DNA of 52,716 nucleotides, counting the filler, from Candidatus Limnocylindrales bacterium (GTDB lineage: Bacteria > Moduliflexota > Moduliflexia > Moduliflexales > JAUQPW01), in assembly GCA_035559535.1 (NCBI GenBank). It is 2 parts of 2 records of this genome, joined end to end, with 100 filler letters (N's around TTAATTAATTAA, not from the genome) between each part and the next. Parts side by side here need not be neighbours in the genome. Positions count along the whole stretch, not along the records: positions 1 to 20,653 come from DATMBG010000031.1; positions 20,754 to 52,716 come from DATMBG010000041.1. One strand, 5' to 3'. The notes under the pieces are model-generated. The model ran no database searches, had not been told where the DNA came from, and saw only the letters and a list, made by a program, of their open reading frames with translations. Made by a program: the position numbers and the translations under genes. Of the stretch, positions 18,951-29,555 are shown piece after piece; positions within the stretch are counted from its first letter, which is position 1, and every line of letters starts with the position of its first letter.

Positions 18951-19504
18951 TCCATCGGAGTCTTAGAGGTTTGGGGATCCCCTTTCTCCAGCGATTGGGT
19001 CTTACGCAGGCAAGATGCCTGCGCTCCCAGGGTTATCTGGTCTGGAGGGTTTCCTTTCTCCACCGACCGGGGCAGAGGGAGTTCATAATTAAAAATTAAA
19101 AAAATATCTAAAAATTTCCGAAGACTTTTTTCCCTTTGTTCGTATCAATCTATAGAAGATGCAAGCTTACCATCCTCATCAGCCAGATCTGTCAGGACTG
19201 TAAACCCTGGGATACAAAAGTCCACCGTTTAGAAGAGTCACCTCCCTTTCATACCGGGGGTAACTCAAAAGGTTTTGAAGCGGATACCTGCCTTTTGGAT
19301 GGGCAGGGGGGAGGGTGTTAAGCAAGCACCGACTTGGATAAGAATGATCGGTGAGTGGACAACGTTAAATAAGTCCAGGTCCGTTAATAAGTTAGGTTTC
19401 ATACCGGAAAAAATAACGGTCGGGTAGATCCTTATTTTAAGGACTTACCCTTCCACTTAACCTGATCAAAGTAACCAAATTAGGAGGACTTAAGGAGGTT
19501 TTTC

Positions 19505-20020
19505 ATGAGTAGACGTTTAAGAAAAGTTCTGTGGATTTTGCCTGTTGTGGTACTAGGATTTACATCACTGGCTTATAGCCACTTTGACCCAAGGGGTTGG
19601 GGATCCAGATCCCGCATGTTTAAATGGTGGGAGCGTCCGGAGGTGGTTCAGCGATTGAAACTGACCGACCAGCAAATCAATCAAATTCGAGAGATTTATT
19701 CTGGAGAAACAAAGAAGTCGATCGATTTAAAGGCAGAGTTTGAAAAACAGCATTTAGAGCTTGAACAGCTTTTACAACAAGATCCTCTGGACGAGGACAA
19801 GATTGCCAAGCAGATCGATAATGTTCAGGCCGCCCGTGCTGCTTTAGCCAAAAATCAACTTCTTATGCGGGTTAAGATAGCCAAAGTCCTGTCTTCTGAC
19901 CAGCGAAAGCAGTTAGATACCATAAGAAAGGAAATGCGGGAACAGGCTATGAGGAGATACTCAGAGAGGGGTCCCAGAAGGTCTGAAGGGCCTCGTCCTC
20001 CTGAAGAACCTCATCCATAA
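19505..20020 (+). CDS. Spy/CpxP family periplasmic protein
   Basis: Signal peptide, LKLTDQQ and VLSSDQR (LTxxQ motifs). Confidence 0.8.
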   Translation: MSRRLRKVLWILPVVVLGFTSLAYSHFDPRGWGSRSRMFKWWERPEVVQRLKLTDQQINQIREIYSGETKKSIDLKAEFEKQHLELEQLLQQDPLDEDKIAKQIDNVQAARAALAKNQLLMRVKIAKVLSSDQRKQLDTIRKEMREQAMRRYSERGPRRSEGPRPPEEPHP

Positions 20021-20109
20021 GCCTGGCCATTTTATAAAGATAAAAAAATAGGAATGCACGGAAAAGCGTAGTACTTTGTAAAGTAAATTTAAATAACCGT
20101 TTTGCTCTG

Positions 20110-20199
20110 CCCTCACCCCCGGCCCCTCTCCCCCCTCGATTCCCCAGTCTACGAGGGGATGGAAGGGGGGGGAGGGGGAGAGGGGCCGGGGGTGAAGGG
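20110..20199. repeat. CCCTCACCCCCGGCCCCTCTCCC long palindromic repeat
   Basis: ccctcacccccggcccctctcccc ... gggggagaggggccgggggtgaagg inverted arms. Confidence 0.7.
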
Positions 20200-20254
20200 A
20201 AATCACGCAGAATTAACTTTACAAGGTAATCGTGCGTTCCTTTTAATATAATAA

Positions 20255-20653
20255 ATGAAACGATTTATTACGGTTTTAGGTATACTCGGCATAATTTTGG
20301 GTATCGGAGGCTATTATTACTTTTTTAAAATGAAAAACGAGCCGGTTCGATATAAAACAGCTCGTGTGGAAAAAGGAAATGTTGTTGCGATGATATCCGC
20401 GACGGGGACCATCAATCCCGTTATCAATGTTCAGGTGGGGAGTCAGGTTTCCGGCATTATCCAGGCTCTCCATGCAGATTACAATTCTGAGGTTAAAAAA
20501 GATCAGGTGATTGCTCAACTGGACCCTTCAACCTTTCAGGCTCAGGTGACTCAGGCTATGGCCAATTTGGAGAGCGCCCGGGCCAATCTTAAAAACGTTG
20601 AGGCCGATATCGCCAACCTTTCTGCCGGGATCGAGAATGCCCAGGCGAATTTA
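20255..20653 (+). CDS. Efflux RND/MacA-type periplasmic adaptor, N-terminal part (truncated by gap)
   Basis: TM anchor, ATGTINP..VQVGSQVSGII..DYNSEVKKDQVIAQLDP. Confidence 0.88.
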
Positions 20654-20753
20654 NNNNNNNNNNNNNNNNNNNNNNNNNNNNNNNNNNNNNNNNNNNNTTA
20701 ATTAATTAANNNNNNNNNNNNNNNNNNNNNNNNNNNNNNNNNNNNNNNNNNNN
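20654..20753. other. Artificial contig spacer (44 N + TTAATTAATTAA + 44 N)
   Basis: All-frame-stop linker at 20698-20709 between N runs. Confidence 0.97.
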
Positions 20754-21152
20754 TAAATTCGCCTGGGCATTCTCGATCCCGGCAGAAAGGTTGGCGATAT
20801 CGGCCTCAACGTTTTTAAGATTGGCCCGGGCGCTCTCCAAATTGGCCATAGCCTGAGTCACCTGAGCCTGAAAGGTTGAAGGGTCCAGTTGAGCGATCAC
20901 CTGATCTTTTTTAACCTCAGAATTGTAATCTGCATAGAGAGCCTGGATAATGCCGGAAACCTGACTCCCCACCTGAACATTGATAACGGGATTGATAGTC
21001 CCTGTCGCGGACACCACCGTGACAATATTCCCCCTCTCCACACGGGTGGTCTTATATTGAACCGACTTGCTTTTGCCCTTGAAAAAATAATAATAACCTC
21101 CAGCTCCCAGGATTAGGATGAGTAGACATAAAGTAATAATCAATTTTTTCAT
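20754..21152 (-). CDS. Second efflux RND/MacA-type adaptor paralogue, N-terminal part (truncated by gap)
   Basis: Same motifs; about 245 bp nearly identical to the left copy, with a divergent 5' end. Confidence 0.88.
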
Positions 21153-21358
21153 TTATTTATTTTTATTAAAAGGCCCAAACCTACTAAATATATTCCCTTA
21201 CCACTTCACGTATTAAGGGGTTTAATCTAAGGCGGGAAACGGTATAAACCATCTCAAAGGGGATATCCGGAGGATGGAATAGAGTGATACCTGTTACCTT
21301 TGCGATCGTTCGATCAGGCATCTGAGATAATCCTATGCCTCAACTTGTCAAAGTTTTA

Positions 21359-22441
21359 TCAACTTTTACTCTCATCTGATTGAGTAGTCTGGACCTCAAG
21401 TTTATTGATAACCTTATCCACTCCAAAGACATACCAGGCATCGAATTCTGCCATTTCTTTTACACTTTGATCGGGCACCAGACCTTCTAGAGTAACCACA
21501 CGATTTTGGGTACTGACGTGGATTTGATCTGCGTTTACGAAGGGATCCTTCTCCAATACAAGATACACGGCATCGGTTATTTCCTCATCGTTATCTTCTT
21601 CTGAAGGTATTACCTCCAACCCGTTGATGACATCCCGACTACCCGGTATCCACCAGGCCAGTACTCCGCACAGACGCTTGTGGGATAAGCTGATTACCTG
21701 TCCATTTAAAGTCACTACCCCATCCTCTACGGCTACCTCGATGATCCCATCGGTTTTTAACGGAGATTTTCTCAAGGTTTCTACCTGATCTTTAATTCGC
21801 ATTTGAATATCACAGTTCTCTAAGGCCGGTTCTTGAATAAGGGCCTGACAGACATGATCACGGATGACATCATCGCTCATGCGTTCAGCGGGAACTACCC
21901 GTAGACGGTCTACAATCCCGCTAATCCCGTGTATAGCAGCGGCTAATTCTAACGCAAGCTTCTTGGCTGCTATATTCTCCATTTCCCCCTCCAGGGTTAA
22001 GACACCATCGCTGAAGCTTATACGAATAGGATAATTATTCAGGTCAATACGGGGCTCTCGTTCAAAGGCTGCGTTGACTTCCCTCAGGATCTCTTCCTTG
22101 ATATGCAAAGGATCCTCGTCCTCAAAACGCAAAATGGTCTGACTGTTATCCTTAGCTATAACTTTCAACGCCCATGCTTTACCACTATCTGTATATGCCA
22201 GCCAAACGGCTTTAGGGGCTGTAATAGTATGGGTGAAAGTTTTTTCGCCTTGACTTACAGTCATGAGAATAGCATCCGATTTCGGATCAAAGTCCACAGC
22301 TATCAAGGAGATAGTTTGGGCAGCCAGGTCCGTACCCCATTCTTGACCTACTACCTCAATACTGACCGGTCTGCCCTGATTATCCTGGCTAAACTGCTCG
22401 AGGAAAGGCAACCAGCCATCCCGGCTAATTTGCTCGTTCAT
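21359..22441 (-). CDS. DUF5335-like domain fused to three BON domains
   Basis: N-terminal 'W..FLEQFSQDNQGRPVSIEV'; three 'GVVTLxG...GVxxVINxL' BON repeats. Confidence 0.8.
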   Translation of the reverse strand: MNEQISRDGWLPFLEQFSQDNQGRPVSIEVVGQEWGTDLAAQTISLIAVDFDPKSDAILMTVSQGEKTFTHTITAPKAVWLAYTDSGKAWALKVIAKDNSQTILRFEDEDPLHIKEEILREVNAAFEREPRIDLNNYPIRISFSDGVLTLEGEMENIAAKKLALELAAAIHGISGIVDRLRVVPAERMSDDVIRDHVCQALIQEPALENCDIQMRIKDQVETLRKSPLKTDGIIEVAVEDGVVTLNGQVISLSHKRLCGVLAWWIPGSRDVINGLEVIPSEEDNDEEITDAVYLVLEKDPFVNADQIHVSTQNRVVTLEGLVPDQSVKEMAEFDAWYVFGVDKVINKLEVQTTQSDESKS

Positions 22442-22484
22442 AGGACCGCCTTCTTACTCCCTTCCTTGTTTATGGCTTGCTGGT

Positions 22485-22841
22485 TCAATTCTTCAGTCCT
22501 GAAGCTTCAAACTGCTCCAGGGCTTCTAAGGCCTGGCAACCATAAATCGTTGCCGGTCCTCCTCCCATAAGGATGGCAACGCCAATCGTCTCCAAAATCT
22601 CCTGGCGTGTGGCACCTGCACGGAGGGCATCATGAATGTGATAGGCGATACATCCATCGCATCGAACAGCAATACCGATACCCAGGGCAATGAGTTCTTT
22701 AATCTTTGTATTCAACGCACCTTCAGCTACAGCATACTTGTGGAGTTGAACAAATCCGGACATTGGGTTTGGAATCTCTTTCCCTAATTTACCCATCAGG
22801 GTTTTAAGATGATTATAGTATTGGAGGTACTCTTTTTCCAT
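22485..22841 (-). CDS. Carboxymuconolactone decarboxylase/AhpD-like protein
   Basis: KELIALGIGIAVRCDGCIAYH, GAT..EI.E..GVAILMGGGP. Confidence 0.9.
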   Translation of the reverse strand: MEKEYLQYYNHLKTLMGKLGKEIPNPMSGFVQLHKYAVAEGALNTKIKELIALGIGIAVRCDGCIAYHIHDALRAGATRQEILETIGVAILMGGGPATIYGCQALEALEQFEASGLKN

Positions 22842-22945
22842 AATTTACCCTTTTATTCTAGATCCACTACTCCTGTAAACAAACCTTGATTGAACAGGGT
22901 GCCTACCGGGTAGTATCTGGTTAAGGATAATCTTCATCTACAGGG

Positions 22946-23494
22946 TTAAACCGACTGATGTTTACCGACAAGTTTTACTGTACTGGCTTGGGGGCCTTTT
23001 TCACCTTCCTCTTCAACAAAGCGTACTTCCATTCCAATTCTCAGATGTTTGAATCCTTCCTCCAACACACTATTTCTATGAAAATAAATTTCTCGCCCGT
23101 CGGGTGTTTCTAAAAAGCCGTAACCTTCTTCGGGAAACAATTTACTAACCCGGGCATGAGGTTCTGCCTCATGGGTTTTCACGGTCCCACGGAGGCGACG
23201 TACATAATCCTCCAACCGGCGACCCGCCGCATTAAAAGACTCTCGGATGGCTACATAGAGATCCTCTTGAGGTTCACGATTAATTACAAGTTCTGCACCG
23301 GGCACACCTATATCGATACGTACGTTATAAGGTCCTCCCTTCTGATGGTGTCGACCTAGAGCTTCTAGGGTTACCCGGCAACTTATAATCCGGTCGTAGA
23401 ACTCTTCCAACTTGGCCACCTTCTCACGGATTATTTTCTCATCCGCTTCAGAAAGAGAAACATTGTGGGCCCTGATTTGCAATGGAATTTCCAT
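22946..23494 (-). CDS. Ribosome hibernation factor (HPF/RaiA) fused to a cold-shock domain
   Basis: HPF fold with DLYVAIRESF; C-terminal GYGFLET...IYFHRNSV...GEKGPQA. Confidence 0.9.
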   Translation of the reverse strand: MEIPLQIRAHNVSLSEADEKIIREKVAKLEEFYDRIISCRVTLEALGRHHQKGGPYNVRIDIGVPGAELVINREPQEDLYVAIRESFNAAGRRLEDYVRRLRGTVKTHEAEPHARVSKLFPEEGYGFLETPDGREIYFHRNSVLEEGFKHLRIGMEVRFVEEEGEKGPQASTVKLVGKHQSV

Positions 23495-23509
23495 GATAAC
23501 CTCCCCTCT

Positions 23510-23857
23510 TTAAGGACAGTACTCCCCGTGTACCGGTTGATAACCGCAAGTTCTCAATTCTCTTTCCATCTTCTTCTCCATAACAACCGCTTCATCTTCC
23601 CTTAATTCTTTTTTTCTTATCTGATCATCAATAGTAATATGGGTAATAACAGGTCCTATTCGGTGTTTTACTACCTCCTGATACCTCTCTACAAGAGAAA
23701 ACACTTGCTGCCAAGACCCTTCGAGAATCGTTCCGGTGGAGGTAACCTGGTACTTTAAACTACTCCCATTGACAACCTTTAAAACTTCCGCTAAAAGCCC
23801 GCTCATACTGACACCTTTTAGGTTTCCAACTGGTGTGATGTTTAGTTTTACAGTCAT
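23510..23857 (-). CDS. Thiamine-binding/MTH1187-family protein
   Basis: 'ITPVG...SMS...SSLKYQVTSTGTILEGSW' pattern. Confidence 0.65.
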   Translation of the reverse strand: MTVKLNITPVGNLKGVSMSGLLAEVLKVVNGSSLKYQVTSTGTILEGSWQQVFSLVERYQEVVKHRIGPVITHITIDDQIRKKELREDEAVVMEKKMERELRTCGYQPVHGEYCP

Positions 23858-23903
23858 CTTAATTCCTCCTTATTCTGAAAGCCTCTTTTTACCTGGAGGT
23901 ATC

Positions 23904-23918
23904 GCAATTGATATGCCA
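23904..23918 (-). promoter_or_regulatory. Sigma54 promoter of the MTH1187-HPF-AhpD-BON operon
   Basis: TGGCAT-ATCAA-TTGC (-24/-12). Confidence 0.8.
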
Positions 23919-24213
23919 GAGATAAAAATACCCTTGTAGCATGTTAGAGAATTGAGGCTTACAGAGGCCGGGTTAAATCTGAGTATCGTATACTCAGACC
24001 ACTTCCCCACCGAAGTATCGCCTAAACGACCGGGGTGTCTCTTCTAAATACCCCACTAAAGGGTGATTATAAGGATTGATCCTATGTAATTGGGCAACAT
24101 TTTTACAGTGAATAAATATTAAACCTTCTTATTACAGAATATGCGCTATACCGTATACACCTAGAAAATCCCACACAATTCTATGGTCCTTATCTATAAA
24201 GCCGATTAGCTAA

Positions 24214-24309
24214 AGTCAGAAGTTAAGACAAAAATTTGCAACATTGGCAAAAACCACAGATTTGTGGGGAATATCGAGGGATATCCAGGAGGTGTCAGAA
24301 ATTAAGACA
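24214..24309. promoter_or_regulatory. Pair of candidate enhancer-binding-protein sites
   Basis: AGTCAGAAGTTAAGACA (24214-24230) and TGTCAGAAATTAAGACA (24293-24309). Confidence 0.55.
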
Positions 24310-24427
24310 AAAACAACTAAAGTGAATGTAAAATCAACTTCACAAAAGGATTTGCAATTTTGTTAAGCAGGTTTCTCATATCAAGACTTCCTCTATGATA
24401 AGTTCAGATTCATCACACAGAGTGGTT

Positions 24428-25783
24428 TTATGTAATCTTAGGAAGAAATATTTCTGCATCCACGGCTCTGGTTAGATCCTGGAGAGCTTGAGATATCTTT
24501 ACCGGATAAGGAGGTTCATTCTTAAGCTCTTGCAAATGTTCTGGCAAACGTGCCAGTTCTGCAGCAGCCCGTTTACGCAAATCAGAAAGTGGAATTGGGG
24601 GGTTTATTCGACGACCCGCTAACATAAACGGTTGAATTAAAGCCTCTCCCTCTTGGATATCTCCTTCGAGGGTTACTACGTCGTACCTCATACGACCATC
24701 GGTTCCCAGGTAACGATAAACCTGTTTACGACCCGGCCAGGTCGCCTTACCCTCCGAGCGCTTACGCCGTGCGCGTCCGGCATATTCTTGGAGCTTGTAA
24801 GCACAGTCCAGATATGGAGCATCGGAGGAGGTGTCCAACCGGCTACCAATACCAAATCCATCTATGGGGACTCCGGCTAATACAAACTCTCGTAGGGTAT
24901 ACTCATCCAGGCTGCTACTTGCGAAAATGCGAACTTCTGTAAGTCCGCCCTTATCCAGGATCTGACGCACCTTTCGAGCATGATCCGCCAGATCTCCACT
25001 ATCCAGGCGGACCCATTTGATGGAAATACCTTCTTTTTTAAGGTGAGGCGCCAAAGCTACGACCTTTTCGGCGGCGGCTTCGGTATCATAGGTATCGATC
25101 AGTAAGGCCACATTATCTGGTTGAGAATGAGCAAAGTTTTCAAAGGCTTTTACTTCATCCTCATGGGCCTGGATGAATGAGTGGGCCATAGTCCCATATA
25201 CCGGAACTCCGAAAAGAGGCGCTGCCAAGACAGTTGCCGAACCAGAAAGCCCGGCCAGATAACTCGCTCGAGCTGCTAGCAGGGCTGCTTCAGCACCATG
25301 GGCGCGGCGCATTCCGAAATCCACCAATAACTTCCCAGGGGCTACCAAAACCATTCGCGCAGCTTTGGAGGCAATCAGAGTCTGAAAGTGAAGAAGGTTA
25401 ATCAAACGTGACTCTACTAACTGGGCTTGAGGTAGAGGAGCCGTAATACGTAAGATAGGCTCATCAGGAAAGAAGATGGTTCCCTCCGGCATGGCATGGA
25501 CATCGCCGGTAAACCGTAATCCTTCCAGGTAATCCACAAAGCTCTTACTAAAACGGCCACTACTGGCTATCCACTCTAATTCTGGTGGGGTAAAGTGAAG
25601 ATTCTCCAGGTAATCCAAAACTTGTTCCAAACCAGCCGCCATCAAAAAACCCCGACTGGATGGCAATTTACGGGAGAAGAATTCGAAAACAGCTATATCT
25701 TCCATTCCTTGATCGAAATAAGCTTGGAGCATGGTCAGCTCATATAGGTCGGTTAACAGAACACTCGATTGTAGATCTATCAT
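24428..25783 (-). CDS. pncB: Nicotinate phosphoribosyltransferase
   Basis: LLTDLYELTM, DFGMRRAHG, GTMAHS, LIDTYD, RLDSGD, YKLQEY. Confidence 0.95.
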   Translation of the reverse strand: MIDLQSSVLLTDLYELTMLQAYFDQGMEDIAVFEFFSRKLPSSRGFLMAAGLEQVLDYLENLHFTPPELEWIASSGRFSKSFVDYLEGLRFTGDVHAMPEGTIFFPDEPILRITAPLPQAQLVESRLINLLHFQTLIASKAARMVLVAPGKLLVDFGMRRAHGAEAALLAARASYLAGLSGSATVLAAPLFGVPVYGTMAHSFIQAHEDEVKAFENFAHSQPDNVALLIDTYDTEAAAEKVVALAPHLKKEGISIKWVRLDSGDLADHARKVRQILDKGGLTEVRIFASSSLDEYTLREFVLAGVPIDGFGIGSRLDTSSDAPYLDCAYKLQEYAGRARRKRSEGKATWPGRKQVYRYLGTDGRMRYDVVTLEGDIQEGEALIQPFMLAGRRINPPIPLSDLRKRAAAELARLPEHLQELKNEPPYPVKISQALQDLTRAVDAEIFLPKIT

Positions 25784-25978
25784 GGGAATGAATGTAGAGC
25801 CTAGAGCTTAGAGTCTTTTTCCTGCTCTAGACTTTAGATTTTAATATCGAAAGATTTTAATATCGAAATATCGCAGTTCCAGGTTCATAGGTTTGATCAT
25901 CAGGAACCTTTTCTACACCAACCGCATAAACGGCTCCTCTGGAGCCCTGATTCGGTAGGATTTGGATAAGAAAATAAA

Positions 25979-25993
25979 GCAATACGTATACCA
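25979..25993 (-). promoter_or_regulatory. Sigma54 promoter of pncB
   Basis: TGGTAT-ACGTA-TTGC on the minus strand. Confidence 0.7.
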
Positions 25994-26159
25994 ATTTTGG
26001 AAAATACAGGATAAAGCCGATTCTGAACCTTTCATGATCCTTCGTGAATTAATATTTAAAAACTGCAAGGGTATAGCTGGATTTTATTAAAATTTACCCA
26101 CATCTTGTCCGGCAATAGAAAAGCGTTATTGCTTCTTGTTTTTTATCTTCAACGATATT

Positions 26160-26232
26160 TGTCGTAAAATCTTACAATCCAGCCAAAAGTTTACTTCTAT
26201 GAATCTATTTAAGAATGTCAGAAATTAATACG
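26160..26232. promoter_or_regulatory. Pair of candidate enhancer sites between divergent sigma54 promoters
   Basis: TGTCGTAAAATCTTACA (26160-26176) and TGTCAGAAATTAATACG (26216-26232). Confidence 0.55.
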
Positions 26233-26289
26233 AAATGACTTTTGTCTGTTTACCTGGTAAGAAGTAAAGAACCGTATTATTTGAGAGTC

Positions 26290-26304
26290 TGGTATATAGC
26301 TTGC
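26290..26304 (+). promoter_or_regulatory. Sigma54 promoter of the ABC exporter operon
   Basis: TGGTAT-ATAGC-TTGC. Confidence 0.72.
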
Positions 26305-26353
26305 TGTTTTTTTCATATAAACAAAGGCAGAGGACGCTTTAACTATTGGAAAG

Positions 26354-27133
26354 GTGAAAATTGAGATTATGAGCTACTCAAAAAATGAACCCACGACGGA
26401 TAAGATTAAAGTGCTGACTTCTTCTGGTCAGAAAGTCGTATTTGAAGCACGGAACCTCACCAAGGTTTATCGGATGGGAGAGGTGGAAGTACATGCACTT
26501 CGGGGTATCGACCTGGATCTTTTTGAAGGGGAGCTCGTCGTATTACTTGGTCCTTCAGGAAGTGGAAAGTCTACACTCCTCAATATTCTTGGAGGTTTGG
26601 ATGTACCCACAAGGGGTACCGTGCATTATTTGGATCACAATTTGACAACCTATGATGATTCGATGCTCACACTATATCGTCGGGAGCATGTTGGGTTTGT
26701 CTTTCAATTTTACAATCTTATCCCCAGCCTTACTGCACGGGAGAATGTAGCCCTCGTGGCCGAAATAGCCGAAGATCCCATGAAACCGGAGGAAGTTCTT
26801 CATCTGGTTGGTCTTAGTGACCGTATGGATCACTTTCCCTCCCAGCTTTCTGGAGGGGAACAACAACGCGTGGCTATTGCTCGTGCCATCGTAAAACGCC
26901 CCAATGTGTTACTTTGTGATGAACCCACAGGCGCATTGGATGTTAAGACAGGCGTCATGGTTTTAGAGGTCATTGAACGGGTCAATCGCGAATTGGGAAC
27001 CCTCACAGCCATTATTACCCATAATGCCATCATTTCTCGAATGGCAGACCGGGTGATTTCCCTTTCAGGGGGAAAGATCTCCGGTATACACCAAAATACT
27101 CAAAAAATAGCCGCCAGGGAGCTTATATGGTAA
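26354..27133 (+). CDS. ABC transporter ATP-binding protein (LolD/MacB type)
   Basis: [31 protein letters not shown]. Confidence 0.93.
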   Translation: MKIEIMSYSKNEPTTDKIKVLTSSGQKVVFEARNLTKVYRMGEVEVHALRGIDLDLFEGELVVLLGPSGSGKSTLLNILGGLDVPTRGTVHYLDHNLTTYDDSMLTLYRREHVGFVFQFYNLIPSLTARENVALVAEIAEDPMKPEEVLHLVGLSDRMDHFPSQLSGGEQQRVAIARAIVKRPNVLLCDEPTGALDVKTGVMVLEVIERVNRELGTLTAIITHNAIISRMADRVISLSGGKISGIHQNTQKIAARELIW

Positions 27134-27183
27134 ATATATAAATTTTTTCCCCGCGAAGAAAGGAGGCTAAAAAATCAGAATAC

Positions 27184-29547
27184 ATGCCTATTCTCAACCG
27201 AAAACTCATACGCGATTTCCTTCATATGAAGGGACAGGCCCTGGCTATCTCCCTGGTAATTGCGGCCGGAATAGCTACCTTTGTCATGTCATTAAGTACC
27301 CTTGAATCTCTGAAGTGGACTCAGCAAATTTACTACGAACGTTATCGCTTTGCCCATGTTTTTGCCCATCTAAAGCGCGCTCCAAACTCTCTTATTGAAC
27401 GTATTGCTGAAATCCCTGGAGTTTCTCGGGTTCAGACAAGGATCGTGGTAGAAGTAACCCTCGATATCGAAGGATTGATGGAACCGGCCGTAGGACGACT
27501 CATCTCAATACCTGAAAGACCAACACCAGGCCTTAATGAACTTTACCTTCGGAAAGGTCGCTATATTGAACCAGGAAGCCGAGGAGAAGTTCTTGTAAGT
27601 GAAGCATTTTTTGAAGCTCACCATTTTAGCCTGAGTGATAAAGTCCTGGCTATCCTTAATGGTCGGAGGGAAGAGCTTAAAATTGTTGGGGTGGTACTCT
27701 CACCTGAATACATCTTTCAGATTCGAGCGGGAGATTTTTTACCGGATATAAAACGCTTTGGCGTCTTCTGGATGGGGTATACCGAACTTGCAGCAGCTTT
27801 TGATATGGAAGGTGCGTTTAACGATGTGGCGCTTTCTTTGATGTGGGGTGCCTCTGAACCTGAAGTTATAAAACGTCTCGATAATTTAACCAAGCCTTAT
27901 GGAGGAGTTGGAGCCTATGGACGTTCAGAGCAGATATCCCACCGCTATGTCACAGATGAAATTAGACAGCTTCGAGGTATGGGATTAGTCGCGCCGGTGA
28001 TTTTCCTTTCTGTTGCAGCTTTTCTCTTAAATGTGATGCTTTCTCGACTCATCAGTACACAGCGCGAGCAGATAGCTGTACTCAAGGCGTTTGGCTACAC
28101 AAGGTTCGAAATCGGCTGGCACTATCTTAAACTGGTTGGTCTGTTGGTCATACTTGGGGTTGGTCTTGGAACAGGGATTGGGGTTTGGATGGGTCGAAAT
28201 CTAACCGAGCTTTACACCCGCTTTTATCGTTTTCCGATATTTGAATTTCATCTCAAAATCGGAGTCGTCTTACTGGCCCTGTTAATTAGTATTGCGGCTG
28301 CAGTGCTTGGAACTATGGGCGCATTACGTCGAGCCATGAAACTTCCTCCAGCCGAAGCGATGCATCCAGAGCCACCTGCCGTGTACAGGCCAACCCTCAT
28401 CGAAAGAAGTGGATTACAACGCCTGTTTTCTCCGGGGGAACGGATGATCCTTCGGCAACTAGAAAGACAGCCCCTAAAAACCTTTTTATCTTGTTTAGGG
28501 ATTGCAATGGCCGTTGCAGTGTTAGTACTCGGAAGTTTTACAGAAGATGCCCTTGATTATGTCTTGGAGATTGAGTTCCATGCTTCGAAGCGTCAAGATA
28601 TGACGGTGACATTTATTGAACCGGCTTCCGCACCTGCACTCCATGAAATAAATCATCTTCCGGGTGTGCTTTACAGTGAACCCTTTCGAACAGTACCTGT
28701 TCGTTTACAGTTTAGACATCACTCGCGTCACGTTTCAATCATGGGACTTGAAACGGAAAGGGGATTATATCGCATCTTAGACAAGAATCAGCACGTCATT
28801 TTCTTACCCCCTGAAGGTCTGGTTCTTTCTGAAAAGCTCGCAGAGTTACTTGAGGTCCCAGTAGGCGAGACACTTCTTGTAGAAGTCCTGGAAGGTGAAC
28901 GGCCAGTTCGTGAGGTGGTTGTTACCGGACTGGTCTCTGATTTCTCGGGTCTTTCTGCATATATGACTGCAAATGCCCTCCATCAGCTCCTGCAGGAAGG
29001 TAAAACCCTTTCAGGTGCTTTTCTGGCGGTCGATGACAACCGTATAGAAGAACTTTACAAAACCCTCAAGACAATACCTAGGATTGCAAGTGTAACTGTA
29101 AAAAAAGCAACCCTGGAAAGTTTCCGAGAGACCGTGGCAGAAAATCTACTTCTCATGAAGGTTTTCAATATCCTTTTTGCGACCATCCTTGCTTTTGGGG
29201 TTGTCTATAACACAGTTCGGATCTCTCTGTCGGAACGGAGTCGAGAATTGGCTACCCTTCGGGTACTTGGTTTCACCCGAAGGGAAGTATCGGTTATTCT
29301 TCTGGGAGAACTCGCCGTTCAGACATTCATAGCTATGCCGTTTGGACTCATTCTGGGATATGGCTTTGCCGCTCTGGCAACGCTGACCCTTGATACCGAA
29401 ATTTATCGTATTCCCTTAGTTGTAAGTCCTTCTACCTTCGCCTTTTCAGCTACGGTTGTTATGATTGCAGCGCTTGTTTCCGGATTGATTGTACGACGAA
29501 AGTTGGATCACCTGGATCTGATTGCTGTATTGAAAGCAAGAGAATAA
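27184..29547 (+). CDS. ABC transporter permease (duplicated FtsX/MacB type)
   Basis: Two repeats with 'QREQIAVLKAFGY' and 'ERSRELATLRVLGF'. Confidence 0.92.
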   Translation: MPILNRKLIRDFLHMKGQALAISLVIAAGIATFVMSLSTLESLKWTQQIYYERYRFAHVFAHLKRAPNSLIERIAEIPGVSRVQTRIVVEVTLDIEGLMEPAVGRLISIPERPTPGLNELYLRKGRYIEPGSRGEVLVSEAFFEAHHFSLSDKVLAILNGRREELKIVGVVLSPEYIFQIRAGDFLPDIKRFGVFWMGYTELAAAFDMEGAFNDVALSLMWGASEPEVIKRLDNLTKPYGGVGAYGRSEQISHRYVTDEIRQLRGMGLVAPVIFLSVAAFLLNVMLSRLISTQREQIAVLKAFGYTRFEIGWHYLKLVGLLVILGVGLGTGIGVWMGRNLTELYTRFYRFPIFEFHLKIGVVLLALLISIAAAVLGTMGALRRAMKLPPAEAMHPEPPAVYRPTLIERSGLQRLFSPGERMILRQLERQPLKTFLSCLGIAMAVAVLVLGSFTEDALDYVLEIEFHASKRQDMTVTFIEPASAPALHEINHLPGVLYSEPFRTVPVRLQFRHHSRHVSIMGLETERGLYRILDKNQHVIFLPPEGLVLSEKLAELLEVPVGETLLVEVLEGERPVREVVVTGLVSDFSGLSAYMTANALHQLLQEGKTLSGAFLAVDDNRIEELYKTLKTIPRIASVTVKKATLESFRETVAENLLLMKVFNILFATILAFGVVYNTVRISLSERSRELATLRVLGFTRREVSVILLGELAVQTFIAMPFGLILGYGFAALATLTLDTEIYRIPLVVSPSTFAFSATVVMIAALVSGLIVRRKLDHLDLIAVLKARE

Positions 29548-29555
29548 AATTGTTT

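Noticed and set aside
18951-19504. Riboswitch or ncRNA upstream of the Spy-like gene
   Set aside because: Only an isolated hairpin (19422-19450) was seen, with no recognisable aptamer consensus; an Rfam scan would be needed.
20698-20709. TTAATTAATTAA palindrome at the centre of a large inverted repeat (hairpin telomere or inversion site)
   Set aside because: It is a standard artificial all-frame-stop contig linker between N runs.
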